This document shows positions 12,636 through 26,850 of a DNA stretch of 64,000 nt, one piece after another. The position numbers were made by a program, and so were the translations under genes. Every line of letters starts with the position of its first letter. Positions within the stretch are counted from its first letter, which is position 1. The notes beneath the pieces are model-generated. The model had not been told where the DNA came from, did not search any database, and was given only the letters and a program-made list of their open reading frames with translations. Origin of the DNA: Octopus vulgaris (taxonomy: Eukaryota); contig OX597826.1 in assembly GCA_951406725.2 (NCBI GenBank), positions 33,108,001-33,172,000 of the forward strand, in the 5' to 3' direction.

Positions 12636-14232
12636 CATAGTGTGTGTGTAATATGTAAATAAATGTATGATTGTATGACTGTGTTACCATTTTTATTTAG
12701 TGTTTTGTGTCTCCCGAGAAAAACTTGCAGAACACTGATTTTGAAGACCAGGTAGACTTTACAACCACCTTTGTAACAACTATGCCTTCTCTCAGCCACA
12801 CATTTAATGGACTACCTTTTTGATCTCTTTCTACTCTGGGATCTTTGAGATTATATTAAACTCTGGATGTCTGTGCAGGCCTCACCAAATGTTGTTGAGA
12901 GTAACTTCCATGCATGCTACATACCTCTACTGCTCTGCAAAAAGAATAACTAAGCTGTGAGCCTCGTGTACTTTTTACCTATAAATTGCAACACCAGCCT
13001 ATGGACAGGTGTATGGCACACCAGCTCTGCTACGTCATTTTTATTTGGTTTTAAAAACCAGCATATAATTTCTTATATTCTGCACTGATTGATGGAGCAC
13101 TCACTCTGTCACAAATTGACTATTAACTCTTTCATGCGCATATGGAAACTCATTCTATTTAATGAAGAATAGAATTATGCCACCTTCCCTGGATAAATTC
13201 GTCAAGCAAGGAGGAATTCTCTTTTGTAATATACAACTGCCAAGTTTTTCCTTTGCTTGGAGTTGAGTGATGTTTTAGTGTGTAAGAACAGCAATGGGTG
13301 AGTTGCTGTTATTGTTTATTGATAATTTCCTTGTTATTATTTAAGCTTGCAGTTTGGTCGATCAAATTGTGACTGTCAGTGGTTATAACTGTGATTGTCT
13401 GTTGGTTTAATTGTCATTTTTCAACTTACATTTTAATCTTAATTCAGAATTTTCAAAAATGGCAAGATTCTTGTGATGAGGAAGTATATTTGGTTCAATG
13501 ACTTGGAATTAGCACCTCTCCCTGCTTTCCCACAGGTGACCATGCTGAATCACTAAAAAAAAAAAGTAATTTAGATGTTTGAAAAAATATATATATACAC
13601 AATAAAATTCTCCAAAATGAAAGCTCTTTTCTTGGGAATTTAAATTGACAATTTTCTAAAGACTTTTGTTTGCAAAAGAAACTAAAAACTTTTCAAAATT
13701 TTATTCTTGAAGGAAATATCCTCTAAACATAGATTTGATCATATCTGTTCATTACAAACAAAAGCAACAATACAAAAATAAGAACAATCATTGGCTGAAT
13801 TCTCAAACAAACAACAAAAAAATGCCTTATGGTATTTTGCCAACCATTTGCTAAAATGACAACCTTAACAACAACAACAATAATAATAATAAAGAAAAGA
13901 AAGACATATTAAGGAAAAGAAGAGAAAAATTCATAGACATGATTGCAGGAAAAACAAAACTTGCTTAAATAGAGAAAATAAGAACAATGGACGCTGTGCA
14001 CATTTTACAAAGAGCACTTCTACATTTGCTTTTTAATTTTATTGTTTCATAGCATTTTTATTGAGCACTTACATGTACACATGCTATTTAAAAAAATTTA
14101 TCCATTCTAGGTGTTTCTTTGTATCGTATAATCATCCACTGTATTAAGAATATGATATCCGTTACCTACCTCAAGTGTCTTGGTGATGTGGGGGTGTAAA
14201 TACAGCAGGTATCAAAGAAAGTTTTAAATAAA

Positions 14233-14305
<73 letters not shown>

Positions 14306-14308
<3 letters not shown>

Positions 14309-14862
14309 GCCCTGATGCAGTACCAGGCAGTGGCTCTCATAGCTTCTGATCTTAACTGATTGGAAGTGTTATCATGTACATTGTTTTGTCTTGGTATAAA
14401 AGATGAGCTACAGCAAATATTCTGCTCAATACCACAGATTTGCTTGTCAGTTGTTTGACAAAAACCAGTTGAGCATGTCCCTTGGTGGCTGATGATATGT
14501 GCATCTCTGATCATGAGCAGAAGTAGTGGGGGAGCATCATAGCCATGTGTTGAGAGGGATTCTTTGAGGTTTGAATAATTCACCTCTGGAAACATGGGTG
14601 GTTCTTTCAACATCCTTAAACAACCCTTATTCAGGGACCTTTTGAGCAGGATGGGCTACTCAACCTGAAGAAAATTCTAACTGGGCCCCACCTGCAAGGT
14701 CATGTGCTATTTATCTTGATATGAGATCACCATGTCGCGCACATATGGTTGTGATGCATGTGCCTGGTGTACCCTTATCAGACGGGTAGTCATGATGGGT
14801 ATATTGGGCTTTGTATATTTTACCCCAGTGTCACTTTGATGGCATGAACTGCTCTCTCACTC
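14306..14862 (+). mobile_element. 557-bp non-coding interspersed element embedded in (TAA)n
   Basis: End-to-end homologue in reverse orientation at 41950-42576 with the same termini, also flanked by (TAA)n/(TTA)n on both sides. No recognisable ORF. Confidence 0.85.
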
Positions 14863-14924
<62 letters not shown>

Positions 14925-14927
<3 letters not shown>

Positions 14928-15448
14928 CAACAGAAAAAAGATGGTATAGTCACACACCAGAAAAGGTCACAGAAAATGAGAAAGCAACCATACTCTGGGA
15001 TATGCCAATACACACAGATAGAGAAATTAAGGCCAACAGACCAGATATAGTTGTCAGAGATCATGAAGAAAAAAATGCTTTCTAATTGATGTATCAATAC
15101 CGGCAGATGATAACGTGTCTCTAAAAGAAATGGAGAAACTCTCAAAATACAAAGACCTGGAAATAGAGGTAACCAGAATGTGGAATCTAAAAACAGAAAC
15201 AATTCCTATCATAGTAGGTGCATTAGGCATGATAAAAAAATATTCAGACAAATACATAACAAAAACACCAGGACTTACAAACACATATAACATACAGAAA
15301 ATTGCACTACTAGGCACTTCACACATCCTATGCAGAACACTTTCCATACAATAACCATCAGAGCATCACAACAAATCACAGCACATACCTAAGGCACACA
15401 GAGCTGTGCTCGGTAGTGAAGTGAAAGCACGCTATAAAAATAAAACTA

Positions 15449-15451
<3 letters not shown>
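14925..15451 (+). mobile_element. 5'-truncated Dong/R4-clade non-LTR retrotransposon (RLE domain plus 3'UTR)
   Basis: WYSHTPEKVTENEKATILWDMPIHTDREIKANRPDIVVRDHEE / CFLIDVSIPADDNVSLKEMEKLSKYKDLEIEVTRMWNLKTETIPIIVGALG...ALLGTSHILCRTLSIQ*, with one frameshift in the A-run at 15069-15075. (TAA)n on both sides. Confidence 0.93.
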
Positions 15452-15493
<42 letters not shown>

Positions 15494-15494
15494 T

Positions 15495-15870
15495 GCAGCC
15501 CAAGCTGAAGGCCTGCCCACCATAAGTCACCAAAAACATATAATGGAGAAAAATACAATAACTAACTGCGGAATATGTGGTGATGGGGAAAAAAGAATAA
15601 GTCATAGTGTCTCTGGCTGTCCAGTCCTGATTAAGAAGGAATATATTCACAAACATGACAAAACTGGGACCTATATACACTGGAAGCTATGCTAACACTA
15701 TGGAATAATGACAGTATAATGATGATATAGTTACACCTCAGAAAAGGGTCTCAGAAAATGACAAAGCAACCATACTCTGGGACATGCCAATACATGGAGA
15801 GAAATCAAGGCTAATAGACTGGATATAGTTGTCAGAGATCATCAATAAAAAAGTTCATGATTGATACTTT
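15495..15870 (+). mobile_element. Second, older Dong/R4 fragment (CCHC knuckle plus start of RLE)
   Basis: CGICGDGEKRISHSVSGC (C-x2-C-x8-H-x4-C), then EYIHKHDKTGTYIHWKLC*, ENDKATILWDMPIH and EIKANRLDIVVRDH. Its overlap is homologous to 14940-15065. Confidence 0.9.
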
Positions 15871-17005
15871 ATATTATTGACTTTGAAAGGATGAAAAGCA
15901 TAACTGACCTGAGCAGTATTTGAACTGGGAATGTAAAGCTGGAAGAAATGTTGTCAAACACATTGTCTAGTGTGGTAATGATTCTGCCAGCTTGCCACCT
16001 TAGCAGCAGCAGCAACAGCAACAACAACAAAACTAGTAATAATAATGATAATAATAATAATGATAACATAACAATATTAACAAGTCTTCTAATTCACAAT
16101 ATAAAGCAAATAAGTGGAATCCACATTTGAAAGTTTCCATAAGTATCAAATGAATTATCAGTAAAGGATGGACTTCATGGAATAAACTGCAGATTATCAA
16201 AGATATTTCTCCATTTTTTTTGGTAATAATTCTTTGATTTCATTTATTTTATTTTAACACTATTTTGCATTTTTTATTATTATTTATTCTTATTTTCTTA
16301 TTTTTCCATATTTGTTTTTATAACATATTTTAATCTATGTTTATATTTATTGATTTAATTATTTATTTTTTTAAAATTTTTATTTCCATCAAGAATTTTA
16401 GTAACTTGGATATAAAATTGATTTAAGCGCTGATTTTAAATACTATGCCTGTTTCATAGTAGTTGCTGTTGTTGATGATGATGGTGATGATGATGATAGC
16501 TGTTATAGTGTTTATGTTAATGCTGTTGTTTATCTTATGCTTCATTTTATTTGTTTTTCTCCTAAGTGTTACTTTATATTAAAACGTATTTTTTTTATTT
16601 TTAAATATATTTTCATAACAATTTTAAGCTGTGTTTGAAAAGTTTTGAGATTCTATCTAATAAGATTAAAAGTCTTTTATCAAATAGCTTTTATTTTTCT
16701 ATTCTTTCTTTCTTTCTTTTCTCCTTTCTGTCTTCTTTCCTCTTTCTCTCTCACACTTTATCTCTCTCTCTCTCCCCTCCCACCTCTCTCTTTCTTCGTC
16801 TCTATCTCTGACATGATTTCACATATTTACATATGTGTATGCATATATATATCTATCTAAATACCAATTTGTTTCTTTCTGTCTATCTATCTATATTTAT
16901 TGGTGTTTAGATATGTATATGTATAAATACACACACATATATTTGTGTGTTTGTGTGTGAATGTGTGTGTATATATACATATGTATAAATATACACACAT
17001 ACATT

Positions 17006-17036
<31 letters not shown>

Positions 17037-17129
17037 ATATAAATCTAATATGTATGTAAAGATTATATATATACACACATGTGTATACAAGAAGTTTGGA
17101 TGAATTTTCTGTTTATCTAATTATTTATT

Positions 17130-17215
17130 ATCATTGCTATCATTAAGAAGATCATTATCATTATCATCTTCATCACCAACATTCTCATCATCATCGTCAT
17201 CATCATCAATATTGT

Positions 17216-17272
<57 letters not shown>

Positions 17273-17426
17273 CACTACTACTACTGCTGCTGCTACTGCT
17301 ACTGGTGCTGCTGCTGCTACTACTGCCACTGCTGCTACGATTATTATTATTATTATTATGTTTTTATATTATCAACCTTTGGGAAATATAAGCATCACCA
17401 CCACCATCAACACCACCACCACCACC

Positions 17427-17460
<34 letters not shown>

Positions 17461-17500
17461 TCGTCATCGTCATCGTCATCGTCATCATCATCATCATCGT
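17130..17500. repeat. Compound trinucleotide tract (CAT/CTA/CTG/TTA/CAC)
   Basis: Direct inspection. Confidence 0.95.
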
Positions 17501-18798
17501 CATTTTAATCATTACTAAAACTCGTTTTCTATGAGTAATTTTTCTACCGTCATTTCAACTACTGCTTCTATGACAATGTAACTATGATAATGATAACTGC
17601 TGCTGCTTCTGCCACTGCTGCTACCATTGCCTTTGCTGCTGAAGTTATATTAATGGCCCCATTACATGTAACAATATAAAGATGGTATAGATAATCACAT
17701 TATTATAATTTCATGTTATTATTTCAACATCAAACATTACCTACGAATGTTATAATAACAATATATTTATTGTATACAGTGCTTAGGTGCAGCTAAAATG
17801 CTGTAAAACAAAAATATCTTGTAAAAAAACATTACAACAGCAAAATTATGCTTGTATAACTAATGTTAATACCTGCATTTTCGAGAGCTTCTATTTGAAC
17901 AGAAAAATCATTATCATCATCATCATCATCATAAAGTTTACGTCTGATTTTTCTATGTTGGCATGAGTTAGATGAGTTGCTTTGTGCCAGTCTTCTACGG
18001 TTGGATGCCCTTCATGCTACTAACCTTCACTTTACCTAATATTTTTTATTTAAGATAATGTTTATCTCATTAATTTCCATATTTTGAAAACAGTAAATAT
18101 GCTAAATTGCAGACTTACAGTCATTAGAGTGTGGCCATGCTGTAGCACTGTCTTGCAAAACTTAACTGGGTGAAGGCTTTTGATGTTTTCTAGTACTTGA
18201 TATTTAAAAAAAAAAAACTATCTAATACTTAATCACTTTTACCAAAACATTAAGTTATGTGGATGTAAATGAACCAACACCAATTGTCAAGTAGTATGGG
18301 GAGAAACACAGACATTCACATACATCCATATATACATATATGCATACATACATATATATGTATACATATATATATACATACATATATATATATATATGTA
18401 TATATGTATATATGGGTGAATACACACACGCACACATATATGAGCCCCTCAGCTTACCAGCCTTGGTCAAACCGTCCAACCCATGCCAGCATAAACAGCG
18501 GATGCTAAATGATGATGATGATGCTGATACACCCACCCACCCACATATATATATCAAAAAGAGGTGCTATAATACTATTCCACATATACAAAAACAGCCA
18601 TACCAACTATCCAACATACCTCCATCATCAGCTGCCCCATGGATATCATTATGGTTTCAACACCTGGACAGTACCAGTTAATCCAACAGTGTCAACAGCA
18701 CTAAAATAATTGTTGTTTGGGAACAAACAAACCAAAGAAATCACAATTTTCAAACACATTTACACTATGTATTATACACACACAAACATACACACACA

Positions 18799-18913
<115 letters not shown>

Positions 18914-19308
18914 TTAAATTTAAAACGATAAGGGTGAAAAATTGAATATTAATTTGATTAACATCAATTTAAAACCAATAGCCAAGCTTATTGAAAAATC
19001 TGAAGATTCAGAAAAATTATATTACATACATATAAGAGGGATGACCACTAAGTGGACATTCATTATGCTAGAAGCAGACCCCCACTATGGTCTTACCACT
19101 AAGAAAAGCTTGTTCATAAGAGCAACTGCCAGAACATAAGCAAGCAAGACAAATGAAAAGACACAACATATCTAGATTAATCACAAACCTGGTTTCATTG
19201 CTACCACTTACGTAATTACTTACATAAATGTCCACAATTCATCATAGCAAAATATAATTTGCAGAACTATACATGAGGCGTTACAATTATATATATATAT
19301 ATATATAC

Positions 19309-19485
19309 TGTGTGGTAAGAAGTTCACTTCCCAACCTTGTGGTTCTGGTTTCAGTGCCACTGCATGGCACCTTGGGCATCTTCTACTATAGCCTTGAGCA
19401 GACCAAAGCCTCGTGAGAAGATTTTGCCAACGGAAACTGAAAGAAACCCATCACACTCACACACATGTGTGTGTGTATGTATATC

Positions 19486-19525
<40 letters not shown>

Positions 19526-19835
19526 CATATATATATATGTATGCATGTATGTATATATGCATGTATGTATGTATGTATGTATGTATGTATGTATGTATGT
19601 ATGTATGTGTGTGTGTGTTAGTGCTTGTCACCCAACACCACCTGACAACCGGTGTCAGTGTGTTTATGTCCCCATAACTTGGCAGTTCAGCGAAAGAGAC
19701 TGATTTAGTGTCAGGCTTAAAAATAAAAATGAGTACAAGTGGTTGATTCATTGGACTAAAATTTCTTCAAAGCGGTGCCCCAGCATGACCGCAGTCTAAT
19801 AACTGAAACATGTAAAAAGTAAAAAGGTAAAAGCT
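19309..19835 (+). mobile_element. tRNA-derived SINE family A with an internal microsatellite
   Basis: Head TGTGTGGTAAGAAG...CAGTGCCACTGCATGGCACCTTGGGCA, internal (TA)/(TATG)/(TG) tract, tail GCGGTGCCCCAGCATGACCGCAGTC..CTGAAACA. Confidence 0.85.
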
Positions 19836-19866
<31 letters not shown>

Positions 19867-20759
19867 CATAATGTGAAAGTTAAATTTACCTAGACTTTTG
19901 ATGATCAATAAGTAAGCCACACAATGTCTTTGAGGCATAGTTGCAGAAAGTTTTGACACTTTTATTTCGTAGATTGAAAATACAAACAAACAACAAAATT
20001 CGTAAACGAAAATTAACTGAAGTTATCACAGATTAAGATGAAAAGGCTTCAGGATGCAGTTACTAAAACACAGCAACAGAAGAAGAAAATATAAAATATT
20101 GGAAAAACTTTGGTTTGAGGGAAAAACGCAGTAAAAGGAACGATGTAATTCTTGTATTGAATATGGCCTCTTAAGTGAAGTGTGTCTGAAAATTTATTTA
20201 CTTTAGTGTTATGTCTGACGGTGGATTAGAGGTAAATTTAATGATTTTTACATTCAAATTCTATTTAACACAAATTTATATGTTTGTTTAAGAATGACTT
20301 GAAAAAAAAATTGTTGTCTAGGCAAAATTAATGATGTTACAACCCACTTCTGTAGCATATATATATATATATATGCACATGTGTGTATGTATGTATGTAT
20401 GTATGTATGCATGTATGTATATATATATATATACACACATGTATGATATACATGTGTGTACGTGTGTATAGATTCGGGGTCCCAAGGAATCAGATGTCCT
20501 ATATATATGTTGTAAGTTTCCCATGTGTGTTTCCAAACACTTCTAAATACAAGGGCATTTTTTTAGAAAAAAAAAGCAAACTGCGAATGTAAGCATTGCC
20601 ATACACAGTACATATGTCTATGTACGCATATATATTTTAGTATGATGCACGTGTATATTAGTGAGTGTGCGAGTGTATACAGACACATATATATATAGCT
20701 ATGTGTATATTTGTCTCTGTGTCTGTATGTATATATATATATATCATATGCATATATAC

Positions 20760-20872
<113 letters not shown>

Positions 20873-21919
20873 TATGTATGTATGTATGTATATATGTATG
20901 TATGTATCTATGTATGTATGCATGTATGTATATTAGGAATAAGGACAATTTTCCTCCAAGAAACCACCAGATTTTAGGAACAAGCAAATATCACAGCAAG
21001 ATTAGCAGTATCCAACAGAGATAAGCTGCAGGACTGGTGCCTGTAAGGTCTGAGAAACTAGTTTCAAAACACCCATTTATATATCTATCTACCCCATATA
21101 TACCTATCCTACGTATAGATACATACATATCACACACACACACATATACGTATACATATATATATATATGAATATATGTGTGTGTGTGTGTTATATAATA
21201 TTTATATATGACACATGCTTATATGCACACGTCAGTGGTTATTAAAGCATGCATATTTTATATTACTCATAATTTTGCAAACTATTACTTTATTATGCAC
21301 ATAAAAACAAATATTTGTGTGTATGTACATGTGTGTATATGAACATGTGTGTGTGTGTGTGTATGTGTGTGTGCATGTTAATGCTCATATCCATGCCACA
21401 CACATATTCATTTATGCATGCTCATAAAATATTTTTAATATAATATCATTTAACTATTTACAGTTAAATATAACATGACACCCGTAATTTACATATCACA
21501 TCAAGTGTATTACCGGGTATATTTGCTTGCACACCCTTTGCCATGCATCTACTCACACTCTCACATTGACACATAATACACATATTAAAACATAACACAC
21601 TAGCTGTGAAATAAATTTAATATAATTTAGAGAGTATGCATTTTTGTTCATACATGGTAGGTTATTTTATTCCATACTTATAATGATTAAATATGATTCT
21701 GCAGACTATGGTAAGAAATTTCCTGTTTCCATTAGTTTCACCACTAATGTTTCCATCTTGAATCTTCTAATATGTGAAGCTGATAAAGAGAAAATTCCAA
21801 ATTTAATAATTAAGTTAGTAAATAAAGAAAAATATTTATCTTAAAGACATATTTTGACAACCATAAGTGAGTGGATATATATTATATATATTCAAAAAAT
21901 ATTCTTCTTGGTTAATCTT

Positions 21920-22930
21920 TATATTCTAGCATTTCACAGTGCTATTACTATATTTTCACATTCCATGGTATAGCTACAATATTTTGCACTTCATAGCACA
22001 GTTGCTATTTCCCTACTTTTCATATTTTAGCAATCATATATTTCACAAAACAGCCACTATATTCTAGCTTTCACATTACAACTTCCATATACCTACATTC
22101 TGCTGTGCAAGCACTATATAGCCATATTTCACAGTGCAGCCCTATCTAGCCATATTTTCACAGTACATTCAATATAAAACTGCATTATTCCCACATTATA
22201 GTGGCTATATTCCTAAATGTCACATTACATTGTCACATTTCATAGTACAGTTACTATATCCCCACATTTAAAAGTTTCTCTCATTATTATATCTACATTT
22301 TATGCCACATTTCATAGTGAAAATACTATAGTTCAAAATTTCACAGTGCATGAACTATATCCACACATTGTTCTGTTAGTCCATCATATTCCAGCATTTC
22401 ACAGAGCAGTCATAATATTCCTACATTTCATAAATACCAGTCACTATAACACGACCTTTCAGGAAACAGATTCAGTAGCCTTGCATTTCATTGTACAGCA
22501 ACTGTGTTCTTACATTTTCACAGCACAGTCAATCACTATATCCTTATATTTCACAGTACAATGACAATATTTCTACATTTCACAGTACAGTGACTGTATC
22601 CCTACATTTCACTGCATGGCCCTTATAGTTATATATTTTACTGTACACTTTACATGACCAATGAGGGATATGATCCCATAATCCAAGAGTGGATAGTTCA
22701 CCTTCTCACACCTATTCATTTATTTCAATATATCAATATGTTCACATTTTATATACGGGCAGTTAAATTCCACATTTTGTTAGTACAACAGTTTGATCAT
22801 ACATTTCACAGTATAGTGACAACATCCCGACTATTACAGTACAGAGACAATAACCTTACATTTCACAGTACATTGAATATATGCCCACATTTTACATTTC
22901 AGTCACTACATCCCTTTATTTCACAGATCT
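21920..22930. repeat. Degenerate 29-bp minisatellite, roughly 30 units
   Basis: Consensus approximately TATATCCCTACATTTCACAGTACAGTCAC; clearest consecutive units at 22536-22622; interrupted near 22655-22725. Confidence 0.85.
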
Positions 22931-23452
22931 CTCACTTTATTCTCCCATCTAACTATACAACTCATCACTAACAAGTGATTTGATCCCTTAAGCCACGAAT
23001 TTGTAACTCATCATTTCATACACATTCCCACATTTAATTCCACACATATGTCACCATTTTATATTCCTCCATTTAAATTCCTCGTTTCACAGAAAAAAGC
23101 TTTTTTTGTTGCTTCCTTTACATCAACCAAATTCTTAAAATTTCTGTTAGGTTTCTTTCTTTCTTTTCCTCTTCCTTCCCTTTCTTCCAAAAAGTTCTAT
23201 TCAATCAAATTATTTCACATGGAAATGTCAATACCTTCTTAAAAATAAAAATGAAGAATAAAATTGAAGGATGAAAACATTGGCTGCAATTGGGAAAAGG
23301 AACAGAAAAAGCATCGTTAACCTGTGACTTTTGTCACTTTGGTCTTTGAGCTCTCAGTCCTACTTGCACTGGTTGATTCTGTGAGAGCAGACAGCAACCT
23401 CTTGTCAGATTATAAATACTACTATTATTATTATTGTTGTTGTTGTTATTCT

Positions 23453-23670
23453 TAGAAGCTGACAAGCTAGCAGAATTGTTAGCATGCAGGGTGAAATGCC
23501 TTGTGGTATTTTGCCCATCTTTAGATTCTGAGTTCAAATTCCGCTGTGGTCGACTTTGCTTTTCAACCTTTCGGGGTCGATAAATTAAGTACCAGTGAAA
23601 CAATGGAGTCGATGTAATTGTCTAGTCTCCTCCCCACAAATTTCAGGCCTTATGTACATAGTAGAGATGA

Positions 23671-23711
<41 letters not shown>

Positions 23712-23930
23712 GAAGGCATCGAACTAGCAGAATTGTTAGCACACTGGATGAAATGCTTAGCAGTATTTTGCCTGTCACTATATTCTGAGTTCAAATTTCA
23801 CTGAGGTCAACTTTACCTTTCATCCTTTCAGGGTCGATAAAATAAGTACCAGTTATGCACTGGGGTCATATAATTGACTCATCCCCTCCCATAAAATTTC
23901 TGCCCTTGTGGCAAATTTAAAACCAATATT
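23453..23930 (+). mobile_element. Two tandem copies of tRNA-derived SINE family B with (TTA)n tails
   Basis: Head GCTAGCAGAATTGTTAGCA, B box GAGTTCAAATTCC, core CTTTCATCCTTTC(G/A)GGGTCGATAAA.TAAGTACCAG. Other copies at about 15880-16000 (-), 25095-25320, 27140-27350, 36900-37060, 44120-44310, 54130-54910 (-), 55380-55580 (-) and 60275-60492. Confidence 0.85.
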
Positions 23931-23979
23931 CTTCTTCTTCTTATTATTATTATTGTTATTGTTATTGTTATTGTTATTG

Positions 23980-24028
<49 letters not shown>

Positions 24029-24034
24029 CATTAT

Positions 24035-24490
24035 ATTTAATTCCTCAGAGATTTTGATCTCACTTGCTCTGATGAATTTGTAGGAGCTGAGAGCATTCTG
24101 TTGTCAAAGGTCTCACAGGATCTCTTTCCATAGATTATGAGATTTGGTACTTCAGTATTAAGTATCATAGAAGATACTCAACACCTAAATACCAATCTCG
24201 AAATCCTAGCTATCCCCATTTCCTCAATAAAGCAATTCTTTTTTGGTGGTGTTGGTGGGGGGTACGCTCTGCCCTCATGTTCTTTCCAGTTTCTCCGACA
24301 TATTTCTCGAACCCAGTTATTTGTGCTCAAAGTACCCCAACAACTACAGGGATAACAGTTACTTTCCACATTGCCCACATACTTGTGATATTGTCTTTTA
24401 ATAACTTGTATTTTTCCACCTTTCCCAACTGTTTGTTACCTATTGCCTGCAATCCAGGTATGGCAATACCTGTGATCTTAGTTCACCTAT
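24035..24490 (-). mobile_element. Third, diverged Dong/R4-type RLE 3' fragment
   Basis: Minus strand reads KITGIAIPG / LGKVEKYKLLKDNITSMWAMWKVTVIPVVVGVL*AQITGFEKYVG / MGIARISRLVFRC*, followed in element orientation by the (TAA)n array at 23940-24030. Confidence 0.8.
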
Positions 24491-24554
24491 GTGTGCATGC
24501 CCAGGTATGACAATATCATCATCATCGTCATTATCATTATTATTATGTAACATA

Positions 24555-24729
24555 GGCACAGGAGTGGCTGTGTGGTAAGAAGCTTGCTTCCCAGCCACAC
24601 AGTTCTGAGTTCAGTCCCACTGCGTGGCACCTTGGGCAAGTGTTTTCTACTATAGCCACTGGCTAACCAAAGCCTTGTGAATGGATTTGATAGATAGAAA
24701 CTGAAAGAAGCCCGTCGTATATATATATG

Positions 24730-24760
<31 letters not shown>

Positions 24761-24995
24761 GTGTGTGTGTGTGTTTGTGTGTCTGTGTTTGTCTCCCCAA
24801 CATCGCTTGACAACCGATGCTGGTGTGTTTACATCCCCGTTATTTAGTGGTTCGGCAATAGAGACCGATAGGATAAGTACTAGGCTTACAAAGAATAAGT
24901 CCTGGGGTCGATTTGCTCGACTAAAAAGCGGTGCTCCAGCATGGCCGCAGTCAAATGACTGAAACAAGTAAAAGAGAAAGAGAAAAGAGAAAGAG
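24555..24995 (+). mobile_element. Full-length tRNA-derived SINE family A
   Basis: A-box-like TGGCTGTGTGG, B-box-like GAGTTCAGTCCC, internal (TA)n(TG)n, tail ending GAAACAAGTAAAAGAG. Other copies at 3708-3790 (deleted), 6540-6640 (-), 29101-29470, 45745-45990, 54950-55363 (-), 58523-58905 and 59540-59690 (-). Confidence 0.9.
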
Positions 24996-25335
24996 TATCC
25001 AATAATGTGATGATGTAGATTGAAGACATTGTTTGTGTGTGCTGGGGATTAGTACAGTCCCTCAAGTCACAACAATTACCTCATTATTATTGTTAAGACA
25101 GGGAGCTGGCAGAATCGTGAGCATGCTGGACAAAATACTTTGCCGCATTTCACCTATCTTTACGTTCCGAGTTCAAATTCCGTTGAGGTCGACTTGACCT
25201 TTCATCCTTTCGGGGTCAATAAAGTAGGTACCAGAGAAACGCTGGGGGTTGATGTAATCGACTAGAACCCTCCCACCAAAATTCAGGCGTTGTGCTTCCA
25301 GTAGAAAGGAATATTATTATTATTATTACTACTAC

Positions 25336-25392
<57 letters not shown>

Positions 25393-25889
25393 TTTACTTA
25401 TTAATGACAGATGGTGTAATGAGGAAGTAAATGAATGATTAAATATTGATGCATAAGATGACACGTATCATGGCTGGACATGGAATGGCATCATGAAGTC
25501 AGAATCCTCTCTCCATCATTAAGATTAATAGCTCAGTGTATTTAGAATACCTACATTCTTGTCAACAATGTTACCAAGATATTTTGCCGATTCTATACAT
25601 CAAATCTTTATTTACTTATTTATCTTTAAAGAAAAAGAAAATATATAAAAAAGATAGAAAGTAATTTTAAAAAAATTTCTTCGGAAAATAATTCAGTAAA
25701 TAACTAAAAAAGAAATTGATTTTCTGACTTTTTTATTTATTCTTTTTCTTTTTCTTTTTATCTATATTTTTGTTTAGTATTCCTGAAAACGTGACTGATG
25801 TTTGGAATTTGGTACTTGGGGGATGAAAAATACCATAAATGGTAACAAATAAACAATCACAAAACACTACCGAATCCATTGATATATAC

Positions 25890-25936
<47 letters not shown>

Positions 25937-26536
25937 TGTGTGTGTGTGTATGTATATATATATATGCAAATATGTCTATGTATATGTGTATATATATATA
26001 TATATGTATTACATACATTTATATATACACACACACGCAAACACACACACACAAACACACACACACATATATATGAGTGTGTGTGAGTAAATATATACAT
26101 AGCTTTATTTTTCTATATATTTCTTTATATTCTAGAGATATCAACAAAAATAAAGAGTCTCTTAAGACCCAAATATAATTAAAAAATAAATAAATACATA
26201 GATGGAAGGGTCCATGAGAGAGTCCTTTACGTAAATTCTTGCCTGGAAGCAAACACAATCTAATGTGAAATTCTTGTTTTTATATTCTGTCAAGTGTATC
26301 TCCAGAATGGATTCGATAGTTTTTAAGTTGTAAGAGAGGAAAAAGATTGCAGTACAATACTTGTTTTAGTGGAGTATCTGCCTTTTATTGGCAATTTCAA
26401 AGAATTGCAATTATTTTTTTTTCAATCTGACACCTTAATTGCTGAAATGGAGGTTCTGCCTATTTCAGTTTCAAACCCTCTCAGAGGCATACCTGTGAAT
26501 ACACACACACACACACACACATACACACACAGACAT

Positions 26537-26796
26537 TATCATCATCATCATCATCGTTTAACGTACGCATTCCATGCTGGCATGGGTTTGACTGGGCACT
26601 GGTTAGCCACGTGGCTGCACCAAGCTCCAATCTGATCTGGCAGAGTGTCTACTGCTGGATGCCCTTCCTGCTGTAGAAATTCTGCTAGATCAGATTGAGC
26701 CTGGTGCAGCCATCTGGCTCACCAGTCCTCAGTCAAACCGTCCGACCCATGCCAGCATGGAAAGCAGATATTAAACGATGATGATGATGATGATGA

Positions 26797-26798
<2 letters not shown>
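26537..26798. mobile_element. Head-to-head inverted pair of (GAT)n-tailed retroposon 3' ends
   Basis: A minus copy at 26537-26669 is joined directly to a plus copy at 26670-26798. Confidence 0.85.

Positions 26799-26850
<52 letters not shown>

Noticed and set aside
24555-24630. SINE heads as genuine tRNA genes
   Set aside because: They have A and B boxes but no complete cloverleaf and continue into multi-copy SINE bodies.
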